In this document: piece by piece, positions 23,936 to 29,522 of the stretch
How the letters are laid out: each line of letters opens with the position of its first letter
Position numbering within the stretch: position 1 is the first letter of the stretch
Origin: an uncultured Pseudomonadota bacterium
Lineage (GTDB): Bacteria; Pseudomonadota; Alphaproteobacteria; Rhizobiales; Xanthobacteraceae
Direction: 5' to 3'
DNA length: 32,000 bases
Assembly (NCBI GenBank): GCA_963773305.1
Contig: CAVZAR010000002.1
Span: 20,334 to 52,333 of the forward strand
Translations under genes and position numbers: made by a program
The notes under the pieces: generated by a model
Databases searched by the model: none
Seen by the model: only the letters and a program-made list of their open reading frames with translations
What the model was told of the DNA's origin: nothing

Positions 23936-24463
23936 TTGCACCATGACGAGGCGATGATCGGCGGCATCGGCAATTCCAATTTCGATCTGTGGTGCGCCGG
24001 CCAGCGCCCGCAGAATTTCTACATGCTCGGCAGCATGGGGCTCGCCATCCCGATCGCGCTCGGCGTCGCCATCGCGCAGCCCAAGCGCCACGTGGTCGCG
24101 CTGGAAGGCGACGGCTCGCTGCTGATGCAGCTCGGCTGCCTGACCACGGTGGCGTCGCGGGCGCCGAAGAATTTGACGATCGTGGTGTGGGACAACGGCA
24201 TCTACCAGATCACCGGCGGACAGAAGACGGCGAGCGCCGAGACCGCCGACCTGGTGGCGATCGCGCGCGCCGCCGGCATCGCCGAAAGCGCCTGGGCGGC
24301 CGACGAGGACGAGTTCGAGCGGCAGTTCGACGCGGCGCTCAAGCGCGGCGGTCCCAGCCTGATCGCCGCGCGCATCGACGGCAAGCCCGGCGTCGGCGCC
24401 ACCGACCGCGATCCGGTGCAGATCCGCGAGCGCTTCATGCGCGGGTTGGGGGTGAGGGGCTGA
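23936..24463 (+). CDS. TPP-dependent decarboxylase, beta subunit (ComE-like); start uncertain
   Basis: TPP-binding motif LEGDGSLLMQLGCLTTV...VVWDNG. The open frame begins at 23900 and contains only CTG/TTG starts before ATG 23954. A well-placed ATG at 23896 is in another frame (see findings). Confidence 0.7.
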   Translation: MHHDEAMIGGIGNSNFDLWCAGQRPQNFYMLGSMGLAIPIALGVAIAQPKRHVVALEGDGSLLMQLGCLTTVASRAPKNLTIVVWDNGIYQITGGQKTASAETADLVAIARAAGIAESAWAADEDEFERQFDAALKRGGPSLIAARIDGKPGVGATDRDPVQIRERFMRGLGVRG

Positions 24464-24478
24464 CGCGGACTCTCCGTT

Positions 24479-24592
24479 CCCTCCCCCTGAAAGGGGGAGG
24501 GTCAGGGAGGGGGTCATTGAGCCCTCGATTGACCCCCACCCGCCCGCCTTCGCTTCGCTCAGCCGGGCGACCTCCCCCTTTCAGGGGGAGGT
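24479..24592. repeat. REP-like intergenic element made of three GC-rich hairpins
   Basis: Hairpin 1 is 24479-24501 (CCCTCCCCC-TGAAA-GGGGGAGGG). Hairpin 2 is 24509-24537 (GGGGGTCA-13 nt-TGACCCCC). Hairpin 3 is 24570-24592 (ACCTCCCCC-TTTCA-GGGGGAGGT), which is the near reverse complement of hairpin 1. Confidence 0.8.
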
Positions 24593-24612
24593 AAGAAGCC
24601 GAGGCGCTGGCG

Positions 24613-24759
24613 TCACAATCGCCTCACATGCGCAATCAGCGCGCGCTTGTCGGCATCCGGCAGGCCGGTGCCGAACAGATGGCCGCTCTCATAATTCCGG
24701 TTCTGTGAGCGCGCCCAGCCCCTGTCCGCTTCGCTCTGAAAGCGGCCGAATTGCTGCAT
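24613..24759 (-). pseudogene. Relic 3' fragment of a paralog of the 742-aa heme protein gene (48-codon remnant ORF)
   Basis: The minus-strand translation ends ...NYESGHLFGTGLPDADKRALIAHVRRL*. The 27145..29373 product ends ...VEDRGHLFGTNLPDADKHALIAFVKRL*. By hand alignment, 63 of 78 nt are identical between 24613-24690 and 27145-27222. Similarity is lost upstream, where the sequence becomes AT-rich. Confidence 0.6.
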
Positions 24760-25072
24760 TGCCGCGAGGGGCCAATAGCTGACGTAAGAACTTTGCGACG
24801 GCAGCCATCAAGGAAAGTTAAGTTACAATAGAAAACTGAACAGCGGCTCTGCGCATCTTTATGCAATTGATAATATTATAGATTCGGCGGTCCTTGATTG
24901 AGTTGCGAAAATAAGGCCGCCCTAGGCGCACGCAACCTTTCCTTGTATCATTTCGCTCACTAACCGGATCCAGTAACCGCGTCGGAATTTGTGGGTGGCC
25001 ACAGGTTAGCACGACGTTCTCTGCGCGCAGACTTGCAAAAATAAAAACTCCGCATCGCAAGGAAGTGAAGTA

Positions 25073-25744
25073 ATGAAGGGCTCTACGACAACACATCAGG
25101 GGGCGGAACAGCCGCACTCGATCAAAGTGGCAGTTAAGTTCTTCCTTTTTGCACTAGCCGCATTGATCGCTTCGACACACGCATATAGCGCGGAGTGCGG
25201 CGGCTCGAAGCCCTCCCCTCCTTTTTCTGAAGTGGCAAAAGGAGGCTTCGAAGTCCGAATAGCCGACATTGCCTGGAGTACGAACATCATTAATTTATGT
25301 CCGCGTAACCGCCTTTCGGGAACCATTGACACGCCCAATCGACTTTATCTCTGGATGCGTCTCCAGGGCGGCGACGCGGCAATCAACAAGCTTAAGCGGG
25401 AGGGCCGATATCCGCTTAAACACGTATGGGAGGTGAGTTTAGGCGGGACCATTCTGCCGGATCCTGGAGACGAGGAGGACATCAAAACAGTCTTTCAGCA
25501 GACGGATAACATCAATGTAACTCGAAAGCTTCCAATGCAAACGAAAGCTTTGAAAGGAGAGGCCAAATCCAAAGGCACGTTTGATTGGCGCACATGGAGT
25601 GGCAAGAAGAACCTATACCCTGGAGGACTTTACGAAGTGAAGATCCTCGATCAACAGAATAGGCCCGTACCTTGTTCACAACAGTTGCATTGCGATCCTT
25701 GTGAAGGCGGAATTCGATGCGCCGTTTTTATCAAACTGCAGTAG
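25073..25744 (+). CDS. Hypothetical secreted protein (possible DUF2914-like C-terminal domain)
   Basis: AAGGAAG Shine-Dalgarno about 8 nt upstream of the ATG. A signal-peptide-like segment is present (VKFFLFALAALIASTHAYSA/EC). FDWRTWSGKKNLYPGGLYEVKILDQQNRPV resembles the DUF2914 core from memory. The C-terminus is Cys-rich, and GC is markedly lower than the surroundings. Confidence 0.6.
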   Translation: MKGSTTTHQGAEQPHSIKVAVKFFLFALAALIASTHAYSAECGGSKPSPPFSEVAKGGFEVRIADIAWSTNIINLCPRNRLSGTIDTPNRLYLWMRLQGGDAAINKLKREGRYPLKHVWEVSLGGTILPDPGDEEDIKTVFQQTDNINVTRKLPMQTKALKGEAKSKGTFDWRTWSGKKNLYPGGLYEVKILDQQNRPVPCSQQLHCDPCEGGIRCAVFIKLQ

Positions 25745-25753
25745 GTACATACT

Positions 25754-26761
25754 GTGGGACCAAGAAGCATGGATGGAAGCATTGACAATTCAAATGAGCA
25801 ACAAACCACAAGTGGCTTACGTCTCAAGGAAGCGATTGAAGATTTTCTGATTCTTTTAGACTACCTTGCAAGGCGCGGGGATGATGTTGGCCATTCGACT
25901 ATTGACGCGGTCATCAGTGCAGAGAGGGCCGACCAAAGCAACGGCTTTGATGCCAGCAAGGAAGCGGCATTGTGGGTTGCTCTAAATCAATTGAGCAAAG
26001 CGGCGGCCCCCGCTACTCCAGAAACAATACGATTTAGTCAAAGACGTGCCGGTGAGGGGCCGAGCGAAGGGGCAAACCGAAAGATTACGCACGCCGTAGC
26101 AAGCAAGTATCGTTCAGTAACATTTGTTTTCTTCGTATTATTTGTGATTCTCAGTGCTTATTGGTCGGCAGTTACAGCCTCGCTTGGAACCCTCACCGAG
26201 GCAACGGAAAAGTTGGAATCAAAAACAACAACGTCAATCGAAAAACAAAATGCCGCGGTAGACATTGCCTCGTCGATGAGGGCGTTAAAGGTTTTGTCGC
26301 TCGGGAGCACATCCTTCTTCGATCACTCCTCTTCGGATAACCACTCTTCTGATAATTCCTCATTGGATAAGCCCGAAACGAAAACCCATATCGTTCAGTC
26401 TACGACAAGTGATAGGTTTATACGAAACCTCATGAAAGGAGTTGTGGATGCGATATATCTTTTCATATTGCCGCTCGTCGCGGGTGGGTTAGGGGCGGGC
26501 GTTTACGTTGTAAGGTTGATTTCAAAAGAGATTGAACGTGAAGCATTCTCCCCGAAGCTCACAATTCGGTTTGATTTAAGAATTTATCTTGGATCGATTG
26601 CGGGTTTGATAATATGTCGTCTTTTCTTAACAGAGGCTTCCAATTTCGGGAATACACTCACGCCGATCGGCATTGCCTTTATTGTTGGCTATAGCATAGA
26701 AGTATTTTTCTCGCTCCTAGACAGAATAGTCGGCGCCTTTTCAACAGAGACGCGCCGCTAA
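25754..26761 (+). CDS. Hypothetical membrane protein (about 4 TM), no recognised domain
   Basis: Long open frame in the low-GC island, starting 10 nt after the upstream stop (GTG 25754 or ATG 25769). Hydrophobic helices are VTFVFFVLFVILSAYWSAV, AIYLFILPLVAGGLGAGVYVV, IYLGSIAGLIICRLF and IGIAFIVGYSIEVFFSLL. A Ser/Asp-rich repeat DHSSSDNHSSDNSSLD is present. Confidence 0.6.
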   Translation: MGPRSMDGSIDNSNEQQTTSGLRLKEAIEDFLILLDYLARRGDDVGHSTIDAVISAERADQSNGFDASKEAALWVALNQLSKAAAPATPETIRFSQRRAGEGPSEGANRKITHAVASKYRSVTFVFFVLFVILSAYWSAVTASLGTLTEATEKLESKTTTSIEKQNAAVDIASSMRALKVLSLGSTSFFDHSSSDNHSSDNSSLDKPETKTHIVQSTTSDRFIRNLMKGVVDAIYLFILPLVAGGLGAGVYVVRLISKEIEREAFSPKLTIRFDLRIYLGSIAGLIICRLFLTEASNFGNTLTPIGIAFIVGYSIEVFFSLLDRIVGAFSTETRR

Positions 26762-27003
26762 ATTTTTTGCGGGAAATGGATCTCGACTATGTGTAACATC
26801 CGCTCCGGGTCATTTTCGACTGGGACGCGGCCGGCAGCACGTCCCGCCATGTCGGCTTTGCCCCGAAAGCCGAAGTGAAACGAAGATGTTGGCATCTATC
26901 GTGACCGGTCATGGCGCGTTGATGATGCCGCCCGACGCATGATTCAGCCTCCCAAACTGGAGCTTCGATTCATGCGCGGGCTCGGCGTGCGGGAGTAGGA
27001 GCG

Positions 27004-27137
27004 CCGTCACCCTGAGGTGCTCGGCCCAACGGGCCCGCGCGAAGCGCGGCCCGATGGTAAACTCCGGCCGAGCCTCAAAGGGTGGAGGCCGATATCCTTC
27101 GAGGCTCGCGCTTCGCGCTCGCACCTCAGGATGACGG
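27004..27137. repeat. ~134-bp imperfect palindromic (REP/MITE-like) element
   Basis: Outer arms CCGTCACCCTGAGGTGC (27004-27020) and GCACCTCAGGATGACGG (27121-27137) are complementary at 16 of 17 positions. Inner GC-rich self-complementary blocks are GCGCGAAGCGCG and CGCGCTTCGCGC. The element lies 8 nt beyond the stop of the minus-strand 742-aa gene. Confidence 0.75.
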
Positions 27138-27144
27138 ATAAGGT

Positions 27145-29373
27145 CTACAACCTCTTCACAAACGCAATCAGCGCATGCTTGTCGGCGTCCGGCAGGTTGG
27201 TGCCGAACAGGTGCCCGCGGTCCTCGACGAAATCCGGGCACTTGCTCAGCTTCAGCAGCGCCGGCCCGACTTGCTTGAGCCGCGCCGTGGATGCCGCCTC
27301 GTCAAGCTTGTCCTTCACGATGTCGTCGAGCGCCGCGTTCACCTTCAGCAAGGCGTCGCCGAAATCCAGGAGCTTGATCGGGTCGAGCGCCAATTCGAGG
27401 TCGATATTGGCGATGAGATTGACCGGCGTGCCCTTGGGGATCGGCCCGATGCGCAGCACGTTCGGGTCGCCGGGCATGCCCAGTCCCTTCGTCTTGAGCG
27501 CCAGGAACAAGAGCTTGGGCAGATAGGACTTTTCGATATAGAGCCAGCTCGTCTGCGTGGTGCGGTGGATGAAGTCGGCCCGTACGCGCTGCGCCGACAG
27601 CAGCGCTTGCATCCCCTTCTCGAACGCCCGCATGCGGCCGGCCACCGATGGGTCGCCGGTGAACGGCCCGACCGCATTGTTGTGCAGATAGGGCGCCGAG
27701 GCCCAGATGCTGATCAGCGAGGGCGCGCGCTCGTAGCCGCGCCCGCCGGCCGGCAGCGTGTAGCGGTCGGTCTCGCCGGTAAATGGATTGAGCACGCCGA
27801 TGACGCCGGCCGGCTTGCGATGCTTGTAGGTATCGGAGCTGAAATTATCCCAGATGTGCCCGGCCAGCGCGTTGCTCGCCACCGCGGCGCAGGCATTGGT
27901 ACCGATCAGACCGTCCGGGTAGGGCTGGTCGGTGGAAAGGTAATTGTCGCGCAGGAAGCCGGGCGCCTCGATCAGCACCTTCATCTTGCTTTTGAAATCC
28001 GCGCCGCGCGTCCATTTGAACCATTGCGGCGAATAGCGCGCAACGCCCGCCGGCGGGGCCGGCATCTTGTTCGGGCTGACATGGCAACCCGCGCAATTCT
28101 CCGCGAAAACTTCAGCGCCGCGCGCAACGACCGCCGGATCGTCCTTGAGATAGGCCGCGGCGCCCGGTGCGCGCGCCAAGGACTGCGGCTTTGCCGCCGC
28201 GATGAAAAACTTCGCCACATTGTCGAGCCGGTCGAGCGTGGCGCGGAAATAAGGAGAGTTTTTGCGCAGCGCGGCGATGCGGATCGGCGTCTGCTTCTTG
28301 CCGCCGACCAGCAGATTGAAATGCTTGATCCATTCCTCGTAATCGGTGCCGATGCTGATATAGACGCGCGCCAGCGCTCCCTCGATGCCGATCGAATCGG
28401 CGCCGTCTTTCAAGACGTGCGGCACCGGCATCGTCGCCTTGCCGCCCGGCATGTCGAGATTGCCGCCGGCGAGCCGCTCGCGCGCGGCGATGGCGATGCG
28501 CGTGCCGACGTCGTAGATCGCGTTCATGTTGCGCGGATTGTTGAGATTGTCGGGCGCCAGCGCGGAGGTGTCGATGGTGCCGGGCTCCATCGCGTGCACG
28601 ACCTGATAGAGGAAATTGTCTTCGTTGCCCGGCAGCACGAACACCGCGTCGGGTTTGAGATACTGGTTGCCGATATTGCTCGACAGATTGCGCCAGCCCG
28701 GATGTTCCGGATCGGCCGGCGGGTGCAGCGGGTGCGGCGCGACATGGCAGAAGCCGCAGGCCATGCCGACGCGATAGGGGCGCACCAGCTTGGGGTCGCT
28801 GTAATAGCTGCGGTCGTTGTAGAAGCGCCGGGCGTCCCAACGCGCCTGCGCCTTGGCGTCGAAGGCGGGATTGGGAAACAGCCTTAAACCCACGATGCCG
28901 GAAGCGTAGCCGTAAGCGCGCAGGAAATCCGCGCGCGCAAAGCTCTCGCGGTAGTCGTCGGTATATGAGCCGTCGCGCGTGCCGTCCGGCACGTCGAACC
29001 ACAGCCCGTATTTGTCGGGCGCTTGGGCCTGTTTGAAGCCGGGCTCGTTCATCAGCCCGAAGCGGGTGAAGCGCGTTGGGCGGTGGCGGCTGTCCAGCAC
29101 CTTCAGGAGGTCGAACGTGCCGTAGCTGCGCCGCGCCAGATAGTCCCAGAACGCCTGGTTGCCGCCGGTCCACATCACCCAGGTGTTGCGCCCGCGAACC
29201 TCGTCCGGGGTCAGCGTCACCCCGTCGTCCATGGCGGCGAAATAGTCGACCGCGGCCTGCGGGAAGTCGGCGCCGGCCGCGCGTGGCAGCAGGGCGGCAG
29301 CCACCACCACCAGAACGAGTAGAACGGCTGCCATCCCGAGCGCCAGAAACAGCTGCGATACGGGCCTTGCCAT
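27145..29373 (-). CDS. Large (742 aa) membrane-anchored/secreted protein with two CXXCH heme-binding motifs, distantly di-heme cytochrome c peroxidase (CCP/MauG)-like
   Basis: N-terminal hydrophobic anchor (LFLALGMAAVLLVLVVVAAALL) and heme motifs CGFCH and CAGCH. RAPSLISIWASAPYLHNNAV resembles the CCP-family PSLRN...APYxHDG block. The C-terminus LPDADKHALIAFVKRL is a cytochrome-c-type terminal helix. Confidence 0.75.
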   Translation of the reverse strand: MARPVSQLFLALGMAAVLLVLVVVAAALLPRAAGADFPQAAVDYFAAMDDGVTLTPDEVRGRNTWVMWTGGNQAFWDYLARRSYGTFDLLKVLDSRHRPTRFTRFGLMNEPGFKQAQAPDKYGLWFDVPDGTRDGSYTDDYRESFARADFLRAYGYASGIVGLRLFPNPAFDAKAQARWDARRFYNDRSYYSDPKLVRPYRVGMACGFCHVAPHPLHPPADPEHPGWRNLSSNIGNQYLKPDAVFVLPGNEDNFLYQVVHAMEPGTIDTSALAPDNLNNPRNMNAIYDVGTRIAIAARERLAGGNLDMPGGKATMPVPHVLKDGADSIGIEGALARVYISIGTDYEEWIKHFNLLVGGKKQTPIRIAALRKNSPYFRATLDRLDNVAKFFIAAAKPQSLARAPGAAAYLKDDPAVVARGAEVFAENCAGCHVSPNKMPAPPAGVARYSPQWFKWTRGADFKSKMKVLIEAPGFLRDNYLSTDQPYPDGLIGTNACAAVASNALAGHIWDNFSSDTYKHRKPAGVIGVLNPFTGETDRYTLPAGGRGYERAPSLISIWASAPYLHNNAVGPFTGDPSVAGRMRAFEKGMQALLSAQRVRADFIHRTTQTSWLYIEKSYLPKLLFLALKTKGLGMPGDPNVLRIGPIPKGTPVNLIANIDLELALDPIKLLDFGDALLKVNAALDDIVKDKLDEAASTARLKQVGPALLKLSKCPDFVEDRGHLFGTNLPDADKHALIAFVKRL

Positions 29374-29522
29374 GGGGTCCGCCCTTTGCCGTCACAAAAC
29401 GCGCGTTTTCCGATCAACGAAAGGTTGAATTTTATATGCAACCGTAGGATGATTATATCACAAAATACTACCGACAAAACCGGAGGCGGCGCCGAGCCGT
29501 GCCGGGCAAGCGGGAGGGGGTC

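Noticed and set aside
23894-24594. ORFs 23894..24517 (minus) and 23989..24594 (plus) extending into the intergenic repeat
   Set aside because: They are alternative-frame or antisense readings of the ComE-like gene that continue through the REP hairpins (PLKGGG- and PFRGR-type peptides), so they are artefacts of the palindromic repeat.
24790-26770. Interpreting the low-GC island as a prophage, an integrative element with integrase, or a named defence system
   Set aside because: No integrase, transposase, phage structural gene, nuclease, ATPase or other defence-type domain is recognisable in the two ORFs. Only the compositional anomaly and the flanking repeats can be supported.
27175-29395. 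570-aa plus-strand ORF (27175..28887) and 427-aa minus-strand alternative-frame ORF (28112..29395)
   Set aside because: Both overlap the 742-aa CXXCH-containing frame, which has a signal anchor, heme motifs and balanced composition. These two are Arg-rich shadows.
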